Source: Chiloscyllium plagiosum (Eukaryota). From it: 59,636 bases of DNA. Every line of letters starts with the position of its first letter. Position 1 is the stretch's first letter. Under the pieces are notes generated by a model. That model ran no database searches, was not told the DNA's origin, and was given only the letters and a program-made list of their open reading frames with translations. Location: contig NC_057717.1 in the NCBI RefSeq assembly GCF_004010195.1, forward strand, positions 106,197,735 through 106,257,370, given 5' to 3'. Of this stretch, positions 23,945 through 36,040 are shown piece by piece. The translations under genes were made by a program, and so were the position numbers.

Positions 23945-25252
23945 ACTCCTGTTCCTATCAGTCAGCTAAAACTCTCTGATTATACCAGAGTAACAGCCCC
24001 AATCAGGGAGTTCGTATTTTATGAAACCCCTCTGGCTGACTGTGTTACAATCACTACATCCTCCTTGTTGCCTTTGTTATCCTTTTTGATTCAGATTTAA
24101 TGTCCCAGAATCCATTGCCTTTATGCTGAAGATGCTTGTCAGCAAAATGACAATGTCTCCTTATAAGAAATATATTCCATGCCATTGTAGAAACTCCCTT
24201 GATTGCCCAAGAAAATAAAAGGAATGGTCAGAATGTATGAAAGTCACATTGTCCCAAGGAATGATAAAACTGAAAGGAAACTCAATTTTCAAATAAACTT
24301 GAAGGCTTTGTATCTTGATGCACAAAGCATTTGGAATAAGTTAGATTATTGATGCCATAAATCGATGTAAATGGGTATGTTCTCACAGACAGCGTTATAG
24401 GAGATCCAAACTAGGAACTTAACATGTAGGGATATTTGAGATTTTGGAACGACTGGAAGGAAGGAGAAGGTGGTGGCACAGCACTGTTAATAAGACATGA
24501 AATGAGAACAGATGTGAGAGACAGTCTTGACTCAGATGATGTAGAGCCTATTTGGGTGGAGGTAAAAACAGCAAGGGAAAGAAGACATTGGTAGGAGTAG
24601 TGAATAGATCCCCAAACAGTAGCCATTCTGTAGGAAAGGCTATAAATCAACAAATATAGGAACATGTAAAAGAATAGAGCAATATTTATGAGTGACTTTA
24701 ATCTCCATGTTGATTAGGTTAATCAAATTGGAAAAGGTAGCTACAAGAACAAATTCATTGAGTGCATTAGGGATAGTTGCCTAAAGCAGTATGTCATGGA
24801 GCCAGCCAGGGAACAGGCCACTTTGGAACTGGTAATGGGAAATGAAACAGGTTTATTAAATTACCTCTGAGTAAAAGATCCCTTAGGAAGTAGTGATCAG
24901 AACATGATAGAATTTAATATTCAGTTGAAGAGAAAGTTGCGTCAGAAATAACTGTATTTCACTGAAATCAGGGGAATTACAATGAAATGAGGATAGTGTT
25001 ACCTAAAGTAAACTGGGCGGAAAGATTAGTTTGCAATAATAAGCAAACAATGGTAGATACTTAAAGAAGTAATTCATGACTCAGCAGAAATACATCCCAG
25101 CAAGGAGGAAAGATTCTAAGAGGGATAAACCAAGGATGTTAAGGAGAGTGTTTAACAGGTTGGGACTCCACTCATTGGAACTTAGAAGAAACCAGAAGGA
25201 GTCTTAGGGGTTTGACAGGGTAAATGTTGCATGGATGTTTCCTCTCTTGGAA

Positions 25253-26600
25253 GAGTCATAGAGCCATAGAGATGTGCAGCATGGAAACAGATCCTTTGGT
25301 CCAACCCATCCATGCCGACCAGATATCCCAACCCAATCTAGTCCTACCTTCCAGCACCCAGCCCATATCCCTCCAGACCCTTCCTATTCATATACCCATC
25401 CTATAGCTCAAATCCTCCAACCCTGGCAACATCCTGTAAATCTTTTCTGAACCCTTTCAACTTTCACAACATCTTTCTGATAGGAAGGAGACCAGAATTG
25501 TACGCAATATTCCAACAGTGGCCTAACCAATGTCCTGTACAGCCACAACATGACCTCCCCACTCCTGTACTCAATACCCTGACCAATAAAGGAAAGCATA
25601 CCAAATGCCTTCTTCACTATCCTATCTACCTGCAACTCCAGTTTCAAGGAGCTATGAACCTGCACTCCAAGGTCTCTTTGTTCAGCAACACTCCCTAGGA
25701 CCTTACCATTAAGTGTATAAGTCCTGCTAAGATTTGCTTTCCCAAAATGCAGTACCTCGCATTTATCTGAATTAAACTCCATCTGCCACTTCTCAGCCCA
25801 TTGGCCCATCTGGTCCAGATCCTGTTNNNNNNNNNNNNNNNNNNNNNNNNNNNNNNNNNNNNNNNNNNNNNNNNNNNNNNNNNNNNNNNNNNNNNNNNNN
25901 NNNNNNNNNNNNNNNNNNNNNNNNNNNNNNNNNNNNNNNNNNNNNNNNNNNNNNNNNNNNNNNNNNNNNNNNNNNNNNNNNNNNNNNNNNNNNNNNNNNN
26001 NNNNNNNNNNNNNNNNNNNNNNNNNNNNNNNNNNNNNNNNNNNNNNNNNNNNNNNNNNNNNNNNNNNNNNNNNNNNNNNNNNNNNNNNNNNNNNNNNNNN
26101 NNNNNNNNNNNNNNNNNNNNNNNNNNNNNNNNNNNNNNNNNNNNNNNNNNNNNNNNNNNNNNNNNNNNNNNNNNNNNNNNNNNNNNNNNNNNNNNNNNNN
26201 NNNNNNNNNNNNNNNNNNNNNNNNNNNNNNNNNNNNNNNNNNNNNNNNNNNNNNNNNNNNNNNNNNNNNNNNNNNNNNNNNNNNNNNNNNNNNNNNNNNN
26301 NNNNNNNNNNNNNNNNNNNNNNNNNNNNNNNGTTTCAAGACATCCAGCACTTTCTCCTCTGTAATCTGGACATTTTGCAAGATGTCACCATCTATTTCCC
26401 TACAGTCTATATCTTCCATATCCTTTTCCACAGTAAATACTGATGCAAAATACTTATTTAGTATCTCCCCCATTTTCTGTAGCTCCACACAAAGGCCGCC
26501 TTGCTGATCTTTGAGGGGCCCTATTCTCTCCCTAATTACTCTTTTGTCCTTAATGTATTTGTAAAGCCCTTTGGATTCTCCTTCATTCTATTTACCAAAG
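25253..26600 (-). mobile_element. CR1 LINE, same subfamily as 160-2699, spanning the assembly gap
   Basis: ORF 25408-25809 MGQWAEKWQMEFNSDKCEVLHFGKANLSRTYTLNG is nearly identical to 1860-2090; gagtcataga tail. Confidence 0.9.
25827..26331. other. Assembly gap (505 N)
   Basis: Continuous run of N. Confidence 1.
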
Positions 26601-27119
26601 TCTAGGAACAGAGGATCTGGCTTCAGAATTAAGGGGTGCCAATTTAAGACTGAGATGAGGAAGAATTTCTTCTTTCAAAGGGTTGTGACTTTTTTTGAAC
26701 TCCTTGCCATAGAGAACTATGGGGACAGAGTCTTTGTGTATATTTAAGGCTGAAGTAGATAGGTTTTTGATCAGGGGATATCAAGGGTTATGGGAAAGGG
26801 CAGGAAAGTGAACATGAGGGTCATATCAGCCATGATCCTATTGAATGGTGCAGCAAACTTGAGAGGCTGACTAGCCTACTCGTGTTTCTATTTCTTATGG
26901 TCTTACGTCCTCCCAATGACCGTGTAACAATTTCCTTGCAGATTGTGATATTGTAATCCTGTTTGTTTAAATATTATCAATCCAAACTCTTGAAAATTTC
27001 AAATATGTTCATTTTCATAGCTTTGTTACATCACAATGATAGATGATCAATTACATTTGATTACTTTGTCTCAGACATACAAAAATTCTGGAACTGTTAA
27101 AAAATGATGGAGTGATAAG

Positions 27120-27335
27120 CAGGGCAAGGTTATTGCTGAAGGAAGTCACAAACCCAGAATAGGGTTAGTATAGATTTGGGAAGAAACCTAGATATGGGTA
27201 TTACAGGTGGGATCAAATTTAGAATGAGGGTATTATTGGACTGGGAAAAGATACAGAACAGGGATTATTGGAATGTAAAGAAACCCAGAACTGAGGTATT
27301 ACAGAAGTGGGATCAAACCCAGGAATGTAGCTACT
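27120..27335. repeat. Degenerate minisatellite, ~31-34 bp unit, about 6 copies
   Basis: Recurring aaacccagaa-(c/t)-(a/g)gggtatta...tgggatc units. Confidence 0.65.
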
Positions 27336-27505
27336 GACACCAAGATAAATCGAGAGATTAGAGCTAGTTGAGAAAGTCATGCTTGTGGCTTCAGGGTTTC
27401 AGATATTGCTCATGGGGCATTCCTTGTCCCCTTGGACCAACTAAGGAAGTTACTTTCTTTCTCAGTTGGTCATTAAACTGTTATTGTTTTCCGAATTGAA
27501 TAATA

Positions 27506-27880
27506 CAGTAGCGCCTCGACTTACGAACTTAATCCGTTCCGGGACCTGGTACACGAACCGAAAAGTTCGCGAACTGAATCAATTTTTCCCATTGTTCGGA
27601 TAGTGTAAGAATGCTTGGACGTAGCAACGAAAGCTGTTCACAGCGCATGCGCCAAAGACGAACTGAATGAGATCACGCGGGGCCTGCGAGCCTTTATGTT
27701 CAACAAGCGCGTAGCAAAGCAGAACAATGAAACCACGTGGTCGCACACGGGCTTTTTGCGTTCGTACCTTCGTTCGTACCTTGAATTTCGTAAGTACGTT
27801 GAAGCAAAATTTTACGTACAATCCTGTTCGTAAACTGATTTGTTCGTGAATGGGGTCGTTCGTATGTCGAGGCGCTACTG
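27506..27880. mobile_element. Tigger/pogo-like (Tc1-mariner superfamily) MITE, 375 bp
   Basis: 23-bp TIRs cagtagcgcctcgac(t/a)tacgaac with 1 mismatch; TA TSD at 27504-27505 and 27881-27882; many subterminal ttcgta motifs. Confidence 0.9.
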
Positions 27881-27934
27881 TATTGTATTCCAACTGTCTT
27901 ACATTAAGGAAGCTATTGCCTGAGTGAGGGAAAC

Positions 27935-28090
27935 CATAAGATGCAAGTGCTGAAGGAGGCCATCAAGTCTGCTCTGCCATTGAATGAGATCAGAGCTGAT
28001 CTGATATTCCCCCACTCTTTTCCCGCCATTTCCTCATAACTCGTATCCTCTTACTGATTTAAAATCTGTCTATCGCAGCCTTGAATAAAA
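27935..28090 (-). mobile_element. CR1 3' UTR fragment
   Basis: cataagat...ggccatcaagtctgctctgccattgaatgagatcagagctgatctg. Confidence 0.6.
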
Positions 28091-28619
28091 CTGTTAATAG
28101 TCCAGCTGTGATCCAGCTAATGGCTGCATCATTTCTGTCTCACTCCCTGCGGTTCAAGTACACAGTATGTGACCCCCGCTGTCATAGGTAATGGACCTGA
28201 AGCCTCCATGGTACTCACCCCTCCCCCACCCGGTAAAATTTCACACAGGTCAGGATAGGGATATTGGATTTTACAAAGAATTCTTCCCACGCTCATTCTT
28301 CAATGTTGCAAATCTGGGAGCATGAAATCCAGACCTAATAAATCCATAGTTACCTGTTCTTCCAGAACTGACTGCATTTAACAGTTTCATATTCAAAGGA
28401 ACAGTGACAACATTCTTCAGAATCTTGATTCAAACAGCTTCCTGTGTTTTCTATTGTGGATTGGGTAATTATTACTTGCCCCTTTTTGGTTCTGCTACAA
28501 AATTGGCATTCATATTGTTGATTACCCAGCCAGTCATATCCTCATTCTTAAATTCCAGATTGTGGCAAACCTCCAAAAGCAGCTGATGACCAAAACTTCC
28601 TTGTTACTTCTTCCTTCCT

Positions 28620-28752
28620 GACTTCGATGTGTGTGCCCCTACACCCCAAGGACTGCAATAGTTCAAGAAGGCATCTCACCACCACCTTCTACAGGGGAAT
28701 TGGAGAAGCTCATTTAGTGAAGCCGTCTTCCTGTTAAATAGATTTTAAAATT
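28620..28752 (+). mobile_element. 3' tail of the second LINE family (another copy at 36495-36655)
   Basis: ggactgcaatagttcaagaaggcatctcaccaccaccttct. Confidence 0.6.
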
Positions 28753-29228
28753 CTTTTAGAGTTAGAGGGCATCATTATTTATCCTGTCTCAAAACATTGG
28801 TTGATAATAAGCCAACAGCGTGGATACCAGACTGATTCCTGGGATGGCAGACCGATGCACGAAAAGAGACCCAGTCTCTCTTTTATATAGATTATATTCA
28901 CAGAAGTTTGGAAGATTGAGGGAGTTCTCACAGAAACTTACAAATTCTAACAGGACTAGACAGCATAATTGCAAGAAGGATGTTCCTTATGACAAGGGAG
29001 TCTGGGACCAGTGGTCACAGTCTAAGGATATGGGATAGGATCATTTAGGACTAAAATGAGGAGAAATGTCTTTACCCAGAGAGTGATGAGCTTGTGGAAC
29101 TCTCTGCCACAGAAAACAGTTTAGGCCAAAACAATGTATGTTTTCTAGCAGGAGCTTAGTATAGTATTTAGGGCTAAAGGGATCAAAGGGTATGGAGCGA
29201 ACTTGGGAATGATGATAGCCATGCTCAT

Positions 29229-31455
29229 AGAAATGACTCCACAGAGGCTAGTATCTCATCACTAAATTATCCTTTGTTTATACATTAAACAGTCCTTGAC
29301 TTTAATATTTCCTCATTCAGAGTCAGGTGCCAGAGTGTCAGTATCTCTGACACTCACCTTTTTGTATGTCAGCCAGGGCTCCTTGATTGGTCACGTGGGG
29401 GGCCTAGAACACACATTTTTCCCTTCTCAGGCATAAGCCTGCCCTGGTAAAAGTCCCTAGGATTATATCCAAGTTCTCTAAGTGTTCCTTATTAGTTTTT
29501 CCTGTTATTAGGACATTTAGATAAATGGCGACCTGTGGTAGAACTCACAAAATGTTCTTAATCGTCTGCTGAAAAATTTAACAGTCTGACGATACACCAA
29601 ATAGCAACCTTGTATTTTGTTACAAGCCCTTATGGGTATTAGCATAGTTCTGGGAATCCTTGTCTATCTGCAATTGCAAGTAAGCATGGCTCATGCCCAG
29701 CTTTGTGATGGACAGCCCCCCTGCCAGCTTGGGTATTTATCCAGCTGCGAAAAGAGGTTAACCATTTGTTTAAAATCTCTACAAAGACTAACTAACTCAC
29801 CGGGCTTCAAAACCAGTATGACTGGTGCTGCCCATTTCTTGAATTCGACTGGTTTAATGATTCCTCCGTATTCTAGCCTCCTGATTTCTGCCTGTACTTT
29901 TGCCTGTGAGGTACATGGCACTGGCTGTGTTTTGCAGAGGAATTATTTCCTGGTCAATGTGCAAGGTAGCCTTGGGCCCTCTCATAGTCCCTATACCTGC
30001 TTGGAAGACTTCAGGCAGAAACTCAGGCAGCCATTTTCTAATTGAACAATGTTGAGCGAATCTAGGTGAATCTTTCTCAAGCAATTTCACCCCATCATGC
30101 TTGGGCCCAAGTCTTTTATTACAGTCAGTGGTAACTGAGTAGGTGCTTCTCATAAGAGACCGGAAGTGAAGTTGTACCCATTATCTGTAAATGTTCCATG
30201 CTATAGGTCTTGTGCAAAGTTAAGGGCTGGAGTCAGGAGTGAATTTTATTAAAGATTAGTTCTGTGATCACTGATAGGTCTGCGCTGGTATCGACCTCTG
30301 TTAGGATTGGATGTTCATTTAACCAGAAATTTATTTTGATTGGCTCTCATTTTGATGTTGCTAAACAATTTAACTAATCCAAATCATATGTAGGTGGACT
30401 TTGCAGGGTATGAACTCTACTGGATACCCTCCTGCAAACCAACCTATAAAGTTCTCTTAATCAATTTAGGTCTAGTAGCAGTCTTTTTGCTGTCTCAATT
30501 CTGCATACAGTAACAACTACATTAGCTTGCTGGCCTGGATTCTGAAGAAGGTTTAACTGTTTGGCTGAAGCTTGGCTTTATTTTGAGGTTTTGTAGTGGG
30601 CCAAAATGGCGTCCCTCTGATCAGGATGTGTCCTGAATGAGGCTGTACACTTGCCCCGAAGGTGATGTTCCCGAAGCTTGGTTGGACTGGCAAAGGTGTC
30701 CACTTCCATTGGAACATTCTGCAACTCACATGCTCCACTTGTTGTGTTTTTTTTTAGATTAGATTAGATTACTTTACAGTGTGGAAACAGGCCCTTCGGC
30801 CCAACAAGTCCACACCGACCCGCCGAAGTGCAAGCCACCCACACCCCTACATTTACCCCTTACCTAACACTATGGGCAATTTAGCATGGCCAATTCACCT
30901 GACCTGCACATCTTTGGACTGTGGGAGGAAACCGTTTTCCAATGATAAAGCTAGTTGTAGCACCTGTTTGAAGTCAGTACCTCTGGGAAAATTAAGTTCC
31001 TAATAAAACTGCAACTCCACAAGCTGTCAGAAGAATTACTTGATTTTTTGTCTGCTGCAATGTGGTTTACCCAGAAGAAAAGCATTCTTTCCATGTACTG
31101 GGCCCAGTCCTTGACCTCAGGATTGAAAAAGTCAAGCTTCCCAAACAAAGACATATGCTTACCACAACTCAAAGACAACTGTTGCGAGCGAGTTTCTTCA
31201 GGATTGTGCTTTACTTCTGTTGCCACTGAAATAACTCCATAGAGGTTAGTATCCTGTCACCAAGTCACCCTTTATTTACACATGAACAGTACTTTACTTT
31301 AGTGCTGCTTCATTCAGAGTCAGGTATCAATATCTCTGACACTCACCCTTTTTCTGTGTTAGCCAGGGCTCCCTGATTGGTCTAAGTTAACAGCCCTAAT
31401 CAAAGAACTCATATTCGATAAAGTCCAGCTTGCTGACCTCATTACAATCACTACA
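29229..31455 (-). mobile_element. Gypsy LTR retrotransposon (family of 21155-24058), internally deleted; LTRs 29229-29393 (partial) and 31227-31455
   Basis: gag MSLFGKLDFFNPEVKDWAQYMERM; RT AEIRRLEYGGIIKPVEFKKWAAPVILVLKP..LCRDFKQMVN; two direct LTRs. Confidence 0.85.
30755..30934 (-). mobile_element. HE1-type SINE 3' half inserted in Gypsy gag
   Basis: (tagat)n tail and V-domain end. Confidence 0.85.
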
Positions 31456-31537
31456 ATCGTGTTGAATGGCAGAGTGTTCCCAAAGAGTTAAATGGTCTAC
31501 TTCTGTTCCTGTTTTCTACATTTCTAGATTTCTGTGT

Positions 31538-31776
31538 AGATGGTGGCACAATGATAATGTCAGTGGCCTCGTGATCAAAATGCCCAAATGATTTGAGAGC
31601 ATGCCTTCAAATCCCACCACAGCAGTTGCAAGGATTTTAATTCATAGGATAAATCTGGTAATTGAGAGCTAATCTTAGTGATAGAGACGATGTCACTAAT
31701 CTTGCTTGACCTCTACACCCATCTGGTTCACTAATGCCTTTAGCGAAGGAAAACCATCATCCTTATCTAGTCTGGT
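31538..31776 (+). mobile_element. tRNA-derived SINE 5' part (possibly MetaSINE-type core)
   Basis: Core acccatctggttcactaatgcctttagcgaaggaaa shared with 55836 and 56380; the superfamily name is from memory. Confidence 0.55.
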
Positions 31777-31974
31777 GTTGTAGTACCACTGTTCATGTCA
31801 AGTGCCAGAATAAGACCTGACTTGGTTGATCACATATTTTTATTGTTTAGTTAGTGAGCCTGGCATCAGTCACGGAGATATAGCCACAGGAGCCTGCAGA
31901 GTTTCTTAAATATCAAAACAGAAGTTTATTTCACAAAAGAAAAAAAAGCAAGCTATATAAATCGCAGGTCACAG

Positions 31975-33850
31975 ATAGCTGTAAGAATAAAATGATTGTA
32001 ATTGTAGGGGATTTTAACTTTCCAAACATAGATTGGGACTAGCATAATATTAAGGTTGGATGGAGTGGAATTTTTTAAGTCAGGAAAACTTTCTCAATCA
32101 ATATGCAGATGGCCCTACTGGAGAAGGGGCAAAATTTAACCTTCTCTGAGGAAATAAGGCATGGCAAGTGACTGAACTTGGGGAAGCACTTTGGGACCAA
32201 TTACCATAATTCTATTAATTTTAAAAATAATTATGGGAAAGGATCAGTCTGGTCCACAAGTTCTAAATAGGGGCAAAGCCAATTTAGATGTTATCAGGCA
32301 GGAACTTTCAAAATTGATTGGGGGGAGTCTGTTCACATGTAATGGGATGCCTGGCAAATGGAAGGCTTTTAAGAGCAAGATAACAAGTTTTCAGGGCCAA
32401 TATATTCCTGTTAATGAGAAGGGCAAGACTGTACAGGAGCAGGGAACACTGGATGACTAGTCAATTTGAGGCTCTGGTCAAGAAAAAGGAGGCATATGTC
32501 AGGAATAGGCAGCTGGGATCAAGTAAATCTCTTGAGGAATATAGTGGATGTGGGATTACATTGAAGAGGGAAATCAGGAGGGCATAAAGAGGACAAGAGA
32601 TAGCTTTGGCAGGTATGGTAAAGGAGAATCCAAAGAAATTCTGCAAGTATATTAAGGGCAAAAGAGTAATGAGGAAGAGAATAGGGTCCCTTAAAGATCA
32701 ACTAGGGTGTCTTATGTGGAGCCACAGGAGATGGGTGAGATCCTAAACAAATATTTCTTATAAGTATTTAATGTGGAAAAAGACATGGAAGCTAAGGAAC
32801 TTAGGGAAATAAATAGTGATATCTTGAAAAGAGTCCACCCTACAGAAGAGGAATTGCATGAAGGTAGATAAATCCCTGGAACCTGGTCAGTTTTATCCCA
32901 GGATGTTGTGGGAAGGTAGGGAAGAAATTGTGGGCCTCTAGTGAAGATACTTGTATCGTCAACAGCCACAGGTAAGGCGCTGGAAGACTGGTGGGTGGCT
33001 AATATTGTGCAATTATTTAAGAAAGGCTGCAAAGAAAAGACAGGGAACTATAGACTGGTGAGCTTAACATAAGTGGTGGTAAGTTGTAGGATAGGATGCT
33101 GAGAGGCAGGATCTGCATACATTTGGGAAGGCAAGAACTAATTAGGGATAATCAGCATGGCTTTGTGAATGGGGAATTATGTCTCACAAACTTGGATTAA
33201 GGTTTTTGAAGGGATGACCAAGAAGATAGATGATGGCAGAGCAGAAAACGTGGAGTACATGGACTTTAGAAAGGCCTTCAACAAGGTTCTGTATGTTAGA
33301 CTGGTTAGTAAGGTTAGATCACAAGGGATCCAGGGAGAACCAGCCAATTAGATACGGAATTGGCTGGACAGTAGCAGACAGAGAGTGGCGGTTGAGATTT
33401 GTTGTTCAGACTGCAGGCCTGTGACCATTGGCATTCTGCAAAGATCAACGCTGGGTTCAGTGTTGTTTGTCATTTATATATACGAATTGGATAAGAATAT
33501 ATGAGGCATGATTAATATATTTGTGGGATGACACCAAAATTGGTGATATATTGGACAGTAAAGAGGTTATCTAAGAATACAACAGGATCTTGATCAACTG
33601 AGCCAATGACCTGAGGATTGGCAGATGGAATTTAATTTGGATAAATGCACGATATTTCATTTTGATGAGACAAACAGGGCAGGACTTACATACTTAATGG
33701 TAAGGCCCTGGGAGTCTTGCTGAACAGAGATACCTAGGGGTGCAGTGCATAGTTCTTTGAAAGTGGCATCACAGGTAGACAGAGTGAAAAAGGCACTTCG
33801 CAAGCTTGCCTTCATTGGTCAGAATATTGAGCACAGAAGTTGGGACATCA
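31975..33850 (+). mobile_element. CR1 ORF2, decayed and 3'-truncated
   Basis: VGDFNFPNIDW, GNYRLVSL, YMDFRKAFNKV, WQMEFNLDKC motifs. Confidence 0.9.
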
Positions 33851-34283
33851 TGTCATACAATTTCCCATAAAGCCATGTTGACTATCCCTAATCAATCCTT
33901 GCCTTTCCAAATACACGTAAATCCTGCCCCTCAGGATTCCCTCCAACAACTTGGCCACCACCAATGTCAGGCTCACCGGTCTATAGTTCCCTGGCTTTTC
34001 CTTATCACCTTTCTTAAATAATGCCACCATGTCAGTCATCGTCCAGTGTGTGGGAAATTGTTCACTAACTTGATTGTTTTGAAGCAGTAACAAAGTGGAT
34101 TGATGAAGGCAGAGTGGTGAACTTGGAGTTCCATAAGGCGTTTGACGAGATTCCTCATGATTAGCAAGGACAGATCACACGGAATAGAGAGAGAACTAGT
34201 TATTTGGATACAGAACCGGCTTGAAGGTAGAAGACAGAAGTTGGTGGTGAAAAGTTGCTTTTCAGACTGGAGGCTGTGACTAG
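33851..34283 (+). mobile_element. CR1 fragment with 5' inversion (inverted ~33851-34035, sense ~34045-34283)
   Basis: Minus LFKKGDKEKPGNYRPVSLT...QHGFMGNCMT; plus strand continues GKLFTNLIVFEAVTKWIDEGR..FHKAFDEIPHD. Confidence 0.8.
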
Positions 34284-34320
34284 GAGAGAGAGAGAGAGAC
34301 AGAGAGAGAGAAAGAGAAGA
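34283..34320. repeat. (GA)n microsatellite
   Basis: gagagagagagagagacagagagagagaaagag. Confidence 0.9.
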
Positions 34321-34329
34321 ATGGAACTT

Positions 34330-35700
34330 CAGATCCTTAGATCAGTAATTGGGAAAATGCTACCATCAGTTATAAACGATAAGATAAATAGATGCCTAGT
34401 TAATAATAATGTCTTTGGCATAGTCAGCATGGATTTGCAAATGGGAAATCATGTATGACAAAGTTGGTGGAGGTTTTTGAAGATGTCATGAATAAACATT
34501 ATAAAGGAGAGCTGATAAATGTAATGTACTTAAGAGTTTCAGAAGGTTTACAATAAACTCCCCTGCAGGAAGCTGGTTAGCAAGGTTAAAGCATGTGATG
34601 TAGGAGATGCTGCACTAGTGTGGATTAACAATTGGCTAACACAGGAAGTAGAGAGTTAAAATAAGCGGCATCATTCTCACATTGGCAGTCTGTGACTAGT
34701 GGGATACCAGAGGTCAGTACTTGGGGTCCCAACTGTTCACAATATGAATCAATTTATGTAGAAGTGGGCACCAAATGTAAATTCCCACATTTGTAGATGA
34801 AACCAAGCTAATGGGAATATGCATTTGGAAAAAGGTTTAGGCCTACTGAATGGGCAAGAACATTATGATGTGGAAAAATATGAGTTTATTCACTTTGGTT
34901 TGAGCAACAGATGCACAGTGTATTTCTCATAACATGCCAGTGCAGTGAACTATTGGGAAGGCTAATGAAATGCTAGTCTTTACAAAAAGAGGATTTGAGT
35001 ACAGGAGTAATGAAGTCTTGCTTCAATTGTGTTGGAGCTTTGTTCGACTGCACCTTGAACACTATGTGCAGTTTTGGACCCTTGTCTCAGAAAATATATT
35101 ATAGTCTTAGAGAGAGTGCAGTGAAGGTTCACCAAACTTGTTCCCGGGACGGTGAGAATGTCCAATGAAGAAAGATAGTGGGTGGCACGGTGGCACAGTG
35201 GTTAGCACTGCTGCCTCACAGCACCAGAGACCCAGGTTCAATTCCCGCCTCAGGGGACTGTCAGTGTGGAGTTTGCACATTCTCCCCGTGTCTGCGTGGG
35301 TTTCCTCCGGGTGCTCCGGTTTCCTCCACAGTCCAAAAATGTGCAGGTTAGGTGAATTGGCCATGGGAAATTGCCCATAGTGTTAGGGACAGGGGTAAAT
35401 GTGGGGGAAATGGGTCTGAGTGGGTTGCGCTTTGGTGGGTCGGTGTGGACTTGTTGGGCCGAAGGGCCTATTTCCACACTGTAAGTAATTAATCTAATCT
35501 AATTGGCAAAACCGGGACAGTATTCTTTAGAGTTTTGCAAAATTTGTGAGGAGATCAATAGAGTAGATGTTTCCTCTGGTTAAGGAGTCTAGAACTAGAA
35601 GGCACAATTTAAAAATATGGGAGACACAACTTAGGTCTGAGATGAGGAGATTTTTCTTTTACTCAGAGGATTGCGAACCTATGGAATTCTCTACCACAGG
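34330..35700 (+). mobile_element. Old CR1 RT/3' region with an HE1 insertion
   Basis: Decayed cagcatggattt..gggaaatcatgtatgac, gtgactagtgggatacc, actcagaggattgcgaacctatggaattctctacc. Confidence 0.65.
35180..35503 (+). mobile_element. HE1-type SINE, full length
   Basis: Head, V-domain, CR1-derived tail and (atcta)n. Confidence 0.95.
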
Positions 35701-35786
35701 CTGAGCAGTCTTTGTGCAATGTATTTTACCTCTAATTGGTGCTTATACTGCAAAGCTTAGACAGATCACTCTGTATCCAATCCTGT

Positions 35787-36040
35787 GGGCGGCACGGTGG
35801 CACAGTGGTTAGCACTGCTGCCTCGCAGCGCCAGAGACCCGGGTTCAATTCCCGACTCAGGCGACTGACTGTGTGGAGTTTGCACGTTCTCCCCGTGTCT
35901 GCGTGGGTTTCCTCCGGGGGCTCCGGTTTCCTCCCACAGTCCAAAGATGTGCAAGTCAGGTGAATTGGCCATGCTAAATTGCCCGTAGTGTTAGGTAAAG
36001 GGGTAAATGTAGGGGTATGTAAGTAATCTAATCTAATCTA
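35787..36040 (+). mobile_element. HE1-type SINE, young (CpG retained), 3' internal deletion
   Basis: gggcggcacggtggcacagtggttagcactgctgcctcgcagcgccagagacccgggttcaattcccg ... (atcta)n. Confidence 0.95.

Larger units (their letters stand above)
21155..24058 (-). mobile_element. Gypsy LTR retrotransposon (second family), decayed, 5' LTR at 23772-24058
   Basis: Protease-like IKINVCLNGHPVLVKVNTSVAVS; RNase H NASPNYIRVVLAH..PIAYASRIL; LTR tgatataat...tcactaca homologous to 31227-31455 and 52791-53390. Confidence 0.85.
24250..26905 (+). mobile_element. Old CR1 (EN region, internal deletion, 3' end at 26600-26905) split by a younger CR1
   Basis: Decayed EN motifs (SDFNLH, GSSDQN); 3' UTR gatcctattgaatggtg...ggctgactagcctact...ttcttatggtctta. 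Confidence 0.7.
28810..31532 (+). mobile_element. CR1 3' end split by the LTR element (pieces 28810-29228 and 31456-31532)
   Basis: ORF2 end motif tttacccagagagtgatgagcttgtggaac; the 3' UTR resumes as atcgtgttgaatggcag...ctacttctgttcctg after the LTR. Confidence 0.7.

Noticed and set aside
25793..26488. Long ORFs of 231 and 187 aa
   Set aside because: They read through the N gap
27120..27335. CRISPR-like array
   Set aside because: Contiguous diverged units with no repeat-spacer alternation
35180..35260. tRNA genes at HE1 heads
   Set aside because: The A/B boxes continue into the SINE body and a LINE-derived tail; no complete cloverleaf
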